Assembly (NCBI GenBank): GCA_002414865.1
Contig: DIAQ01000098.1
Coordinates: forward strand, 1,039-65,038
Reading direction: 5' to 3'
Origin: a candidate division Hyd24-12 bacterium UBA5074
GTDB lineage: Bacteria > Fermentibacterota > Fermentibacteria > Fermentibacterales > Fermentibacteraceae
DNA length: 64,000 nucleotides
Shown: positions 1-9,108 of the stretch, piece by piece
Layout: every line of letters starts with the position of its first letter
Numbering within the stretch: position 1 is the first letter of the stretch
Position numbers and translations under genes: made by a program
Notes under the pieces: generated by a model
What the model was told of the DNA's origin: nothing
What the model saw: only the letters and a program-made list of their open reading frames with translations
Database searches by the model: none

Positions 1-54
1 GTCTGCCTTGCCCTTCTTGTGCTTGATCGTACTCCATTTATTGTGACCGGACAT
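1..54 (-). CDS. yebC: YebC/PmpR family protein, N-terminal fragment (runs off the window)
   Basis: Reverse strand from ATG at 54 reads MSGHNKWSTIKHKKGKAD, the family's hallmark N-terminus; GGAGG RBS upstream. Not in ORF track. Confidence 0.95.
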   Translation of the reverse strand, partial: MSGHNKWSTIKHKKGKAD

Positions 55-826
55 CGCTTCCTCCCCCTTGTGCGCGCGGCACCGTGTGGTGTTCGATTCG
101 CCCTTCAGGAACCGTTCTATCGCTGATGACCGGCTGGTCGACGCTCCTGCCGAAACAGCCGAGGATGGCCCTCGCATCGGCAAGAGAGTTATATGGCACA
201 ACGGACTTCACCCCCGCAACGGAGAATCCGCCGTCCACCGCAGTGAACGGTATCGCGGCAATCCGGGAGTGGAGAGGGGCCACCGACACCTCCGCGCAGG
301 CCAGGCTCCCGGGCTGCCGGACCTCCCTCGAGAGGACGAGTATCCGGGCCAGCTCGATCGCATCGTCCAGGCTCACGCATCCTCCGGCCATCATCGAAGG
401 TCCCGTCGAAGCCCACCCGAGGTCGCCCGCCGATCTCGTCAGCTCCAGCCCCAGGTCAATCGCCCTCTCGGTCAGGAAGGCCGGGACGAAGAGCATTTCA
501 CCGCTCCTCCGGGGAGGCGCTTCGATCAGCCCCGGCCGCCCCTCGACGAGGAACTCCGGAGTGTCTGCCGGGAAGCCCGACTCCCTTGGTCTCGAGAAGC
601 GCTTCGTGATCTCAGTCTCCGCTTCGAGCATCCAGAACGGGAGATGCCCGGTGCAGCCCCCTGGGCCCGGCTCCGCGGACTCCAGGGCCAAGGGCGTTAG
701 CGAGGTGCCCGCGATCTGCCAGCAGACGCTGCAGCGCGGACAGAGGAAGAGCAGGTCGCCGGGCAGGCCTTCGAGCCCTCCGCCGCACCCGCCGCAGCGC
801 AGGAGTATCATGCCCTCAGACGACAT
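38..826 (-). CDS. Zinc-ribbon domain hypothetical protein
   Basis: N-terminal CGGC-x15-CPRC; HLPFW motif similar to neighbours; overlaps adjacent genes. Confidence 0.75.
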   Translation of the reverse strand: MSSEGMILLRCGGCGGGLEGLPGDLLFLCPRCSVCWQIAGTSLTPLALESAEPGPGGCTGHLPFWMLEAETEITKRFSRPRESGFPADTPEFLVEGRPGLIEAPPRRSGEMLFVPAFLTERAIDLGLELTRSAGDLGWASTGPSMMAGGCVSLDDAIELARILVLSREVRQPGSLACAEVSVAPLHSRIAAIPFTAVDGGFSVAGVKSVVPYNSLADARAILGCFGRSVDQPVISDRTVPEGRIEHHTVPRAQGGGSDVRSQ

Positions 827-1886
827 GGTCGTTTCCTCTCCGCTCTATCCCGTCGAGGACCGCGAGCAGCTTGACGGTGGCCGCGACGAGCGCCACCAGA
901 ACGGCCAGCATCACGGCCGGGCAGCCTGTCGCGGGCGCCGATGGCGAAGCAGTGGCCATCCGCGCCAGGGAGACCGCGATCGACGGGACCAGCGCCCCCC
1001 AGACGGCTCCCGCGACGGCGGCCACTATGTGCCTGTCCTCCCTCGGCCCGGGGAACCTGCCGCTCAGGACCGAGCCGGTGCGGCCATCCACGACGACCTT
1101 GTAGCGCGAGCCCCAGGCGTCGAAGGACATCACCCAGAGAGGGTAGTAGATGAGGGACACCCTGGTTCCCGTGACCGCCACCCTCGCCCATTTCTGCTCC
1201 AGACCCCGGGAGACGCCCTGCGAGAGCCTCTGCAGCACGGTCGAAGCCTTGGCCACCGCAGTGCTGACATGCACGGTGGGATTCACCAGCACGCCCGCGG
1301 CCACATCGGAGCGATCCAGCACCACGAGACCTTCCGGAACAACATCCTGCTGTATTTCCATGCCTTCGATGGCGAGCTGCGACCTGTCGGACAGCGATGG
1401 TATGCCGAGTGCCTCGAGGTCCGCCCCGCTGATGTTGATCCCGGTGAGGAGGCGGATGTCCTTCTCCACGGCCCGCCAACCCGATCTCGTCCTGATGGTG
1501 CGCCGCGCCGTGGTGCTCCAGCTCTCCTGGTTGTCGCTCTCGCTCACGACCGGGACCTCCTGCTCGCGCCATACCGGCTCCACACCCAGAGCCACGCCGG
1601 TCACCTGGGCGTTGATCCGCCAGTACGGGACGAAATAGAGAACGGGAGGCCTCACCCTTGCACGGGTCGCCGTGCCACGGCGCACGTCCGGGCCGTCGAG
1701 GATCCGCCTCACTATCCTCATGCACTCCGTGGAGTCGGTCAGCGAAGGCATCAGGAACCTCGGGATGCCCTCCGCCAGCCTGACGGAGCTCCCGCAGCTC
1801 GCACAGGTCCCTGCCACGTCGCCATCCCTCATCTCCAGGGGGCTGCCGCAGGCAGGACAGGTCAGGGCGCGGGCGAACTCAGACAT
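816..1886 (-). CDS. Zinc-ribbon membrane protein
   Basis: CPAC...CASC at N-terminus, LYFVPYW and LIYYPLW motifs, VDGRTG, two C-terminal hydrophobic helices. Confidence 0.8.
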   Translation of the reverse strand: MSEFARALTCPACGSPLEMRDGDVAGTCASCGSSVRLAEGIPRFLMPSLTDSTECMRIVRRILDGPDVRRGTATRARVRPPVLYFVPYWRINAQVTGVALGVEPVWREQEVPVVSESDNQESWSTTARRTIRTRSGWRAVEKDIRLLTGINISGADLEALGIPSLSDRSQLAIEGMEIQQDVVPEGLVVLDRSDVAAGVLVNPTVHVSTAVAKASTVLQRLSQGVSRGLEQKWARVAVTGTRVSLIYYPLWVMSFDAWGSRYKVVVDGRTGSVLSGRFPGPREDRHIVAAVAGAVWGALVPSIAVSLARMATASPSAPATGCPAVMLAVLVALVAATVKLLAVLDGIERRGNDHVV

Positions 1887-2544
1887 GTCGCGGATCGACC
1901 ATCCTGGCCACTGCGCCGGCCGCGAATGCGGAGATCATCGAAACGCCCATGCAGGCAGCCTCCGAAGCCCCGGCCAGCGAGCAGGCTCCGTAGGCGAGTA
2001 CCGATGCGCCCGAGGCGAAGGCAAGGATCCTGAAGAACGTCCGGGAGGGCATGGCCGAGGGGGAATCGTTCCCCGGCGGGGCTCCCGACGAGGTGTCGAG
2101 TCCGGAGACCCCGTCCACGAAGGTCATCCTCGCGCTCCCGGGGTTCCTGCAGGTGACCTCGTAGAAGGGGTGGAAGACCACCCTGCCGGCTCCCGGATCG
2201 TCGTACATCGGGATGAGGGAGTCGGGATCCGCCGCTTCCTCCGAGAGCACCACCCCGGTGCCTGCCGGAGGGGTGTAGCCTGCAAGCTCGGGGACCGGAT
2301 GGCTGTAGAAGGGTCTGAGTCTCCCGGCGTCGATATAGGGGAAGTAGACGAGCCTGAGGGACAGGTCGGCTCCCGGGGGAAAGAGCCTGACGACGTCGTC
2401 CTCGCATGCGACGGGTCTGACGATCGTCACGTCGCTGCCCGGACTGCGGAACAGGTTCCGGGCGGAGCAGTGAGGGCACTTCAGGTAGAACTCCCTCTCC
2501 ATGACCGGGAGGGAGGCGCCGCACTGGCTGCAGCGCACCTTCAC
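1879..2544 (-). CDS. Zinc-ribbon membrane protein
   Basis: GTG at 2544 overlaps upstream TGA (GTGA); VKVRCSQC...CPHC, LVYFPY, VFHPFY, VDGVSG, two C-terminal TM helices. 3' part of ORF 1879..3408. Confidence 0.75.
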   Translation of the reverse strand: MKVRCSQCGASLPVMEREFYLKCPHCSARNLFRSPGSDVTIVRPVACEDDVVRLFPPGADLSLRLVYFPYIDAGRLRPFYSHPVPELAGYTPPAGTGVVLSEEAADPDSLIPMYDDPGAGRVVFHPFYEVTCRNPGSARMTFVDGVSGLDTSSGAPPGNDSPSAMPSRTFFRILAFASGASVLAYGACSLAGASEAACMGVSMISAFAAGAVARMVDPRHV

Positions 2545-3665
2545 CGGATACCCGCCAGGGCGGTGAGGAACTCCTCGAGCGAGTCGAGCATGGCGTCCAT
2601 CCCGAACATCCTGCGGACCCTCTCCGCTGCCGCTGCGCCCATCCTCCCCCGGAGAACGGGGTCCGACAGGAGGGATTCCAGATCGGATGCGAGGGACGCG
2701 CAGTCGTCGAGAGGGAATATGAGGCCGGCGGCACCGTCCGCCCCAGCCACCTCGGGGAGGCTGCTCGCGTCTGACACAACGACGGGGACTCCGCAGGACA
2801 TGGCTTCGGCGGCCGCATAGCCGAACCCTTCGTTCTCGGACGGCATCGCGAGGATATCCAGGGAGTTGTAGCAGGCCCTCATTCCCGAGACGGGTCCGGT
2901 GTACACGACGCGGTCGGCTATCCCGCAGTCCCGCGCCGACTGCTCCACGGAGCGGAGGTGGATCGGCTTCGGGGAGGGACCGCACACGAGGATGCGCAGG
3001 TCGGGAAACCTCCCGGCCAGGGAGGCGGCTGCCCTGAACAGGGTGATGTGCCTCTTCCTCGGGAGGAGGCTGCCCACGATCCCGACCACGAGGTCGGACT
3101 GCCCGAGGCCGTGCAGGAGTCTGAATGCCTGTCCGGCTGACCTTTCCGGGAAGAAGGCGTCGGTGTCGATGCCGTTGTAGATCCTCACGACCTTCTCCGG
3201 CGGCAGCCACGCGTTCCTGGAGAGAACGCTCCTCCTCGTGGAGTCGCTGTTCACCAGGATCCTGTCGACCAGGTGGCGATAGGTGATTCTGTACCTGAGG
3301 CTGTTCTTGAAGCCGTAGTCGCTCCCGCGCCTGCGGGCGAACGGGATCCTCCCCGCAAGCCTCGCCGCCACCCCGAGAGTGCGCACCTCCCTGTCGAGGT
3401 TGCAGCACACGGCCTGCACGCGGGCCTCCCTGAGCATCCTAGCGGCCCTCAGCACGAGCGGCGGATCGAAGTCTCCCCTGATCGCCATGGCGCGAACCGA
3501 GAGGCCTCGCGCAGGCGCTCCGAGCGCCCGCTTCTGCAGCTCTCCGCCCTCCTGGCAGACGAGCATCACCTCGTGCCCCCTCGCCGCGAGTCCCGAGGCG
3601 GCGGTGAGGCTCCAGTTCTCCCCGCCTCCCCAGGTGCGCATGGAGTTGCTGATGGCGACCCTCAC
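2541..3665 (-). CDS. Glycosyltransferase family 4
   Basis: WGGGE N-terminal motif, IYNGID, EGFGYAAAEAMSCGVPVV (E-x7-E). Confidence 0.92.
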   Translation of the reverse strand: MRVAISNSMRTWGGGENWSLTAASGLAARGHEVMLVCQEGGELQKRALGAPARGLSVRAMAIRGDFDPPLVLRAARMLREARVQAVCCNLDREVRTLGVAARLAGRIPFARRRGSDYGFKNSLRYRITYRHLVDRILVNSDSTRRSVLSRNAWLPPEKVVRIYNGIDTDAFFPERSAGQAFRLLHGLGQSDLVVGIVGSLLPRKRHITLFRAAASLAGRFPDLRILVCGPSPKPIHLRSVEQSARDCGIADRVVYTGPVSGMRACYNSLDILAMPSENEGFGYAAAEAMSCGVPVVVSDASSLPEVAGADGAAGLIFPLDDCASLASDLESLLSDPVLRGRMGAAAAERVRRMFGMDAMLDSLEEFLTALAGIR

Positions 3666-6079
3666 GGGGAGCCCGCCCCTCCAGGGCCCGCCCTCGATGC
3701 GAGGAGCCCCTCGAGCACTCTGGCCGCGGCCACGGCGTCCTTCCCGTACAGCGCGCCGATCTCAGCCGCGAACTCCTCCGTGATCACGGCGCCTCCCACT
3801 ATCACGGCAGGCCCGCCACCCCCGGATGCGGACCTGAGGAGGGCGACCGTGGAGCGCAGGACCGGAAGGCTCGGAGTGAGCAGCGCGCTGAGCCCAACCA
3901 CGTCGGGCTTCTCCCTCGAAACGGCCGAGACGATCGCCTCGGCGGGCACGTCGCGGCCGAGGTCGACCACTTCCCATCCGTGGCCCTCGAGGACCGATGC
4001 CACGATGTTCTTGCCAATGTCGTGGACGTCACCCCGGACTGTTGCAAGCACGATCCTGCCGACCGCTCCCTCCCCGCCGGAGCGCCCGATGGAGGCGAAC
4101 GCCATCCTGACGGTTTCGGCGCCGGCGATGAGGGTCGGGAGGAAGAGACTCCCCGCCTCGTACCTCCTGCCCAGCTCCCTGGAGGCCTCGAGGAGGCTCC
4201 GCGCCGCCGACGCCCTGCCTCCCGGCCCTTCCGCCTCCGACGCCGCGAGTCTGGCCGCCGCCTCGGGATCTCCGGCCAGCACGGCATCCAGCAGGGTCTG
4301 CTCCCTGCCGGACCCGGGGGGCGCGGTGTCCTCCTGCCGCCCTCCTCCGCGGGAGCTCGAGACGAAGCGGGAAAGGGCCTCCGCATCCCCCGTCAGGGCT
4401 CCCGACGCGACGGACAGAGACATCAGACCGGGGTCGAGCGGATCCAGGATGGCGGCCGACAGCCCGGACTGGATCGCCCCTGCCAGGAACGCCCTGTTCA
4501 GGAGCCTCCTCCCGGGAAGGCCGAACGAGCAGTTGCTCAGACCGATGATCGTCGGCAGCCTGTACATGTCGCGGATCTCCCTGATGACCTCGTTCGTGAT
4601 CCGGGCCGACCCCGGCGAAGAGGCCTCCGCCATCACGACCGGGTCGATCAGGATGTCGGACGAGCCGAGTCCATTCCGATGCGCCGTCTCGAGCATGCCG
4701 TCGAGCAGCCTGAGCCTGCCGGTGGCGCTGCCAGGCACGCCTTCCGGACCGATCAGGAGGAGGATGGCGGCCGCCCCGTGCCTGGCCGCGAGCTCCAGTT
4801 CCCGCTCCAGCCTGTCCGGGATTCCCGGGATGGAGTTCACGACCGGCCTGCCCGCGTACTCGGCCATCCCTGCGTCGAGGACGCCCTCGTCCGAGGAGTC
4901 GAAGAGGAGAGGGGCCTGGGTGATGTTCTCCAGCGCCCTGGTCGCGAGGGGCACGAATTCCCTCTCCCTTGCCGGATCGCCCGTGCCGATGTTGAAGTCG
5001 AGCATCTCGGCGCCGGCGGAGGTCTGCTCGGCTGCGATCGCCTTCAGCACCGGGAGGGCTCCCCTGGCCACGGAGTCGGCGAGCTTCCTCCGGCCGGTGG
5101 GATTGATCCTCTCCCCGACGGGCCGGAAGGGATGGCCGGGACCCACGGGGAGGAAGACGAACCTGGAGGACGCCACGAAGCCGGCCGCCGGGGAGCGCTT
5201 CCTCACAGGCCTTCCCCTCACCGCAGCTGCGATCGCCGCCGTGCATTCCGGAGTCGAGCCGCAGCAGCTGCCGATCACCGAGGCGCCGATCTCCATCGCC
5301 TTCTCGGCGTAGGCGGCCATCCCGGCGGGGCCGGCCGGCCAGGAGAGGCAGTCCCCTCCCTGGACGGGAAGCCCTGCGTTGGACTGGACGGCCACGGGCA
5401 GGGGTGAAGTGCGCACAAGCTCCCGCAGGGCCTCCAGATTGCTCTCGATCGAGTCCCCGCAGTTGAGCCCCGCTGCTCCCGGACCCCACGCGGCCGCGAC
5501 CGACGAGAGAACTCCGGCCGGGGTGCCCGTCACAGTCCGGGCCGATCCCGAGAAGCTCATCTGCATGAGGATCGGGATGCTCCTGTCGAGCTCCCTGACC
5601 GCCATCACCGCGAGCCTCAGCTCCCTGATGTCCGTCATCGTCTCTATGGAGATCAGATCGACTCCCGCGCAGACCAGCAGCCTCGCGATTCCCCGGAAGC
5701 AGTCGAGGGCTTCGGAGGTGGCGAGGGGGCCGAACGGGAGCAGGAAGTCCCCCAGCGGGCCGATGGAGCCTGCAACGGCTGTCCTGGAGCCGCGGCAGCC
5801 ATCCCTTGCCGCCCTGACGGCCCTGTCCACTATCTCGGCCTGCCGCCCCTCGAGGCCGTGGCGCGCCAGCTGGATCCTGCCCGAGCAGAAGGTGTCCGTG
5901 GTGACGATGTCCGCACCTGCCTCGGCGTAGGCCTTGTGCAGCCTCGTCACCGCTCCGGGATCGCTCAGGAGCAGCTCGTCGGGCAGGCTCCCGCGGGGCA
6001 GCAGCGGCGACAGCATCGTCCCGACGGCTCCATCGGAGACGAGTATCTCCCTGCCAAGGCGCCCTAGAGCTTCCGCCAC
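3662..6079 (-). CDS. metH: Cobalamin-dependent methionine synthase (Hcy-binding, pterin-binding and B12-binding domains; no activation domain)
   Basis: DGAVGT, GLNC and GSCCG Zn ligands, GERINPTG, GLSN-x-SFG, DVHDIGKNIV B12 motif. Confidence 0.88.
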   Translation of the reverse strand: MAEALGRLGREILVSDGAVGTMLSPLLPRGSLPDELLLSDPGAVTRLHKAYAEAGADIVTTDTFCSGRIQLARHGLEGRQAEIVDRAVRAARDGCRGSRTAVAGSIGPLGDFLLPFGPLATSEALDCFRGIARLLVCAGVDLISIETMTDIRELRLAVMAVRELDRSIPILMQMSFSGSARTVTGTPAGVLSSVAAAWGPGAAGLNCGDSIESNLEALRELVRTSPLPVAVQSNAGLPVQGGDCLSWPAGPAGMAAYAEKAMEIGASVIGSCCGSTPECTAAIAAAVRGRPVRKRSPAAGFVASSRFVFLPVGPGHPFRPVGERINPTGRRKLADSVARGALPVLKAIAAEQTSAGAEMLDFNIGTGDPAREREFVPLATRALENITQAPLLFDSSDEGVLDAGMAEYAGRPVVNSIPGIPDRLERELELAARHGAAAILLLIGPEGVPGSATGRLRLLDGMLETAHRNGLGSSDILIDPVVMAEASSPGSARITNEVIREIRDMYRLPTIIGLSNCSFGLPGRRLLNRAFLAGAIQSGLSAAILDPLDPGLMSLSVASGALTGDAEALSRFVSSSRGGGRQEDTAPPGSGREQTLLDAVLAGDPEAAARLAASEAEGPGGRASAARSLLEASRELGRRYEAGSLFLPTLIAGAETVRMAFASIGRSGGEGAVGRIVLATVRGDVHDIGKNIVASVLEGHGWEVVDLGRDVPAEAIVSAVSREKPDVVGLSALLTPSLPVLRSTVALLRSASGGGGPAVIVGGAVITEEFAAEIGALYGKDAVAAARVLEGLLASRAGPGGAGSP

Positions 6080-6666
6080 CCCACCACCCCCGTCACCGTC
6101 TTGAGAGGGACGAGCATGAACCCCTCCCCGACCGTCACTCCCAGCCCGGGAAAGAGCTGCGTGAAATAGGCCTGGTTCTCCAGGCCGAGGTCCCCGAAGC
6201 CGGGGCTGAATCTGGCGGTCGCCCTCGAGCCCGTGGCCTCGGCTGCTTTCTTCTCATTGCGCTGGAACCATCTGGCGCATTCCTCCACGGTCTCGGACGC
6301 CGCCGCATCGAGGATCAGATGCCTGAGCGCATCGCCGCGCGCCGCGGATACGAGGGAATCGATGTCCGGGCCCAGCGTGGTCATGAAGAGGGTGGCGGAG
6401 GAGCACCCTTCCAGCCTCTTCGAGAGATCCGCGCTGTCGAAGACATGACGGGGGAGCTCGACGAGCCCCGGCCTCACCGACACCACCGCCTGCCTGCAGA
6501 ACGCCAGCCTGGCGTGCGATGCGGCCGCGACGTCGAGGAGCGCCTCCCGGAACCCCCGCGGGACATCCCCGGGACCGGCCTTCCTGCCCCTGCGCAGACG
6601 TGAGAGCACCCTGCCCGCGTCAGCCCTGCAGAGCATCTCCTCAACGCAGGAGATCGTCGAGCACAT
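6064..6666 (-). CDS. Methionine synthase reactivation (AdoMet-binding) domain protein, stand-alone
   Basis: TLG-x-x-ID, RFSPGFGD, P-x-KTVTGVVG motifs; lies between two Met genes. Confidence 0.85.
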   Translation of the reverse strand: MCSTISCVEEMLCRADAGRVLSRLRRGRKAGPGDVPRGFREALLDVAAASHARLAFCRQAVVSVRPGLVELPRHVFDSADLSKRLEGCSSATLFMTTLGPDIDSLVSAARGDALRHLILDAAASETVEECARWFQRNEKKAAEATGSRATARFSPGFGDLGLENQAYFTQLFPGLGVTVGEGFMLVPLKTVTGVVGWRKL

Positions 6667-8536
6667 CGTATCCGGAGAGCGCCGGCATGATGCAGATGCC
6701 CTCCACCCCCATCCCCCGCAGCGAGGCCATCACGGACCTCGTGAACTCGACGCCCTTCTCCCTCTGGCCCGCCTCGTCCCCCCCCGTCCTGAAGTACTCC
6801 ATGATCCGATCTGGTATGGAGATGCCCGGCACTTCGTTGCGCAGGTACTCCAGGCCCGCGAGGTCGGGCACGGGCATGACGCCGGCTATCACGGGCAGGC
6901 CGGTCTCCCCCAGCCTGCGGTAGAACGGCTCGAATGCCTCGACGTCGAATACGGGCTGGGTCTGGAGGAACCTGAGGCCGGCGCGCTGCTTCCTCTCCAC
7001 CGCCCTGATCTCGGAGTCGGGATCGCCGGGCGAGGAGGACACGCCCGTCCCGCAGAACACCCCGGTCGGGGCGTTGAGCCTGTTGCCGAGTATGTCCCTG
7101 CCCCTGTTGAGGAAATCGATCACCCTGACGAGGCCTTCCGACCGCACGTCGTAGACTGCCGTGGCGAACGGATAGTCGCCGATGCTGGGAGGATCGCCGG
7201 ACAGGGCGAGAACGTTCTTCAACCCCATGGCCGAGAATCCGAGGATGTCGGACTGGAGCGCGATGAGGTTCTTGTCGCGGCAGGTGGCGTGGACTACGAC
7301 CTCCAGGTTCAGCTCCCGCTGGACCAGGAGGGAGAAGGCCACCGGGGACATCCTCAGCCTTGCCATGGGCCCGTCGGAGACGTTCACCGCGTCCACGCCG
7401 CTGCCCTTGAGCCTCCTGAGCCTTTCGAGGAGCTTGGTTCCGTCGGGGCCCCTGGGCGGGTCCACTTCGACGCTGAGCACGGTGCGCCGCTCGAGCATCC
7501 TCGCGAGCGTGGTGTCGGGCCGGGGATCCGGCTCTCCTTCGTCAGGGGACGCATGGGCGATCCTCACGGGCTTCCTCGGACCCGGCGCGGAGCCTTCGAC
7601 CGCGGAGCGCATGGCGGCCACGTGTGACGGCGTGGTCCCGCAGCAACCTCCCACGAGACTGCATCCTGCGGCCACGAACTTCCCTGCGTAGTGCGCCAGG
7701 TGCTCGGGGTGACGAGGGTAGACGAACCTGCCTCTCTCGAAGCTCGCCAGTCCCGCGTTGGGCATGGCGCAGAGCCTGCGGGAGATGGTCCCGGCCAGCG
7801 CGCGGATAACCTTCAGCATGTCCATGGGACCCGTGCCGCAGTTGGCGCCGAGCACGTCGGCCCGTATCCCCTCCAGGGCGCTCCCGGCATCGAGGGGGTG
7901 CATGCCCCCGAGGGTGGTCCCGCCTTCGAGGAAGGTGAGCAGGGCCACGCAGGGCACGGAAGGATCCAGGGTCCTGAGCACTTCCACGCCTGCCTCCAGC
8001 TCGCAGGGATCTGAGAAGGTCTCGAACACGACGAGATCGACCCCCGCGGACAGCATGGCGGATATCTGTACCCGGAAGGCCTCCTCCATCAGCTCCGGAG
8101 GCGTCTCCACCAGGACCTCGGCCGGCCGTGTGAGAGGGCCGACCGACCCGGCGACGAGCCTCCCGCGGGCGGCCGACCTGGCGAGCCCGACTCCGGCGGC
8201 GGAGATGTCGGCGGACATGTCGCCGAGCCCGTAGTAGCGCTCGAGGATCAGGGGATTGGCGCCGAAGGTGTTCGTGGTGATCAGGTCGGCCCCGGCGGAG
8301 GCATAGTCCTCGTGCACGGAGCGGACGATCTCGGGCCGGGTGAGGTTGAGCTCGTCGTAGCAGCTGCCTCCGGGGGCTCCGCGATCGTACAGGAGGGTGC
8401 CCATGGCCCCGTCGAACAGGAGCACCCGGCCTTCGTCCAGCATCTCGAGGAAACGGCTCAAGGCGACCTCCGGAATCCGCTGCCGCGCGGGATCTTCCCG
8501 CCGGAACACCCCGGCTTTATGCATGAAAGCCCTCAC
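6641..8536 (-). CDS. yitJ: Bifunctional homocysteine S-methyltransferase / methylenetetrahydrofolate reductase (YitJ-like); exact start uncertain
   Basis: DGAMGT, GANC, GGCCGTTP followed by MTHFR domain (VEVDPP, DGPMA, CRDKN, TQPVFD). Confidence 0.9.
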   Translation of the reverse strand: MRAFMHKAGVFRREDPARQRIPEVALSRFLEMLDEGRVLLFDGAMGTLLYDRGAPGGSCYDELNLTRPEIVRSVHEDYASAGADLITTNTFGANPLILERYYGLGDMSADISAAGVGLARSAARGRLVAGSVGPLTRPAEVLVETPPELMEEAFRVQISAMLSAGVDLVVFETFSDPCELEAGVEVLRTLDPSVPCVALLTFLEGGTTLGGMHPLDAGSALEGIRADVLGANCGTGPMDMLKVIRALAGTISRRLCAMPNAGLASFERGRFVYPRHPEHLAHYAGKFVAAGCSLVGGCCGTTPSHVAAMRSAVEGSAPGPRKPVRIAHASPDEGEPDPRPDTTLARMLERRTVLSVEVDPPRGPDGTKLLERLRRLKGSGVDAVNVSDGPMARLRMSPVAFSLLVQRELNLEVVVHATCRDKNLIALQSDILGFSAMGLKNVLALSGDPPSIGDYPFATAVYDVRSEGLVRVIDFLNRGRDILGNRLNAPTGVFCGTGVSSSPGDPDSEIRAVERKQRAGLRFLQTQPVFDVEAFEPFYRRLGETGLPVIAGVMPVPDLAGLEYLRNEVPGISIPDRIMEYFRTGGDEAGQREKGVEFTRSVMASLRGMGVEGICIMPALSGYDVLDDLLR

Positions 8537-8564
8537 CGGCGCAAGGAAGGGCGCAGGGAGCCCG

Positions 8565-9008
8565 TCAGACTGCCAGGGACTTCCTCATGTATCGCAGCCC
8601 GTCGCGCACGACATCGTCGCGCCAGCCCTCGTGGAGATAGAAGCCGTAGGCCCTGAGGGAGGTGTCGACGTCAGTGGTCAGCCAGGACTCCGACCACCCC
8701 TCGGCCGCCAGCCATCGCTCGACCAGGGAGATGAGCCGCGAGCCGATGCCGCGCCCCTCGTACTCCGGGAGGACCGCGATGACCCACATCTCGCCGGTGC
8801 CTGAGTTCCCCATCGCGAACCCCACGGTCCGCCCGCCTTCCTCGCAGAGCCATCCCCTGAAGCCCTCCGAGAGCATTTCCGTCACGGTCTCGGGCGTGAT
8901 GCCGAGCCTCTCCAGCTCCTGCATCGAATATGCGTTCTCCCGCGTGGCCACCCGCACCTCGAAGATGGAATCCATGTCGGAAACGGCGATCTCCCTGTAC
9001 TCTGGCAT
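8565..9008 (-). CDS. GNAT family N-acetyltransferase
   Basis: AVLPEYEGRGIG acetyl-CoA motif, A-x-GFY; GGAGG RBS before ATG 9008. Confidence 0.88.
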   Translation of the reverse strand: MPEYREIAVSDMDSIFEVRVATRENAYSMQELERLGITPETVTEMLSEGFRGWLCEEGGRTVGFAMGNSGTGEMWVIAVLPEYEGRGIGSRLISLVERWLAAEGWSESWLTTDVDTSLRAYGFYLHEGWRDDVVRDGLRYMRKSLAV

Positions 9009-9108
9009 CCGTCCTCCCCGGGAAGTGCTCCCGGCGCCCACCGGTTATCCCGATATATGAAGGGAAGGCGGCCGGTCGAAGAGGCCGGCGGAACCCGGGG
9101 AGGGTGCG

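Noticed and set aside
84..2033. Many long alternative-frame ORFs (e.g. 84..2033, 3273..5312, 12534..14909, 60674..62770)
   Set aside because: Antisense or shadow frames of recognisable genes; Arg/Pro/Ser-rich, as expected from stop-codon scarcity at high GC.
8537..8564. SAM or cobalamin riboswitch upstream of the methionine cluster
   Set aside because: The intergenic space is too short and no conserved aptamer sequence is recognisable.
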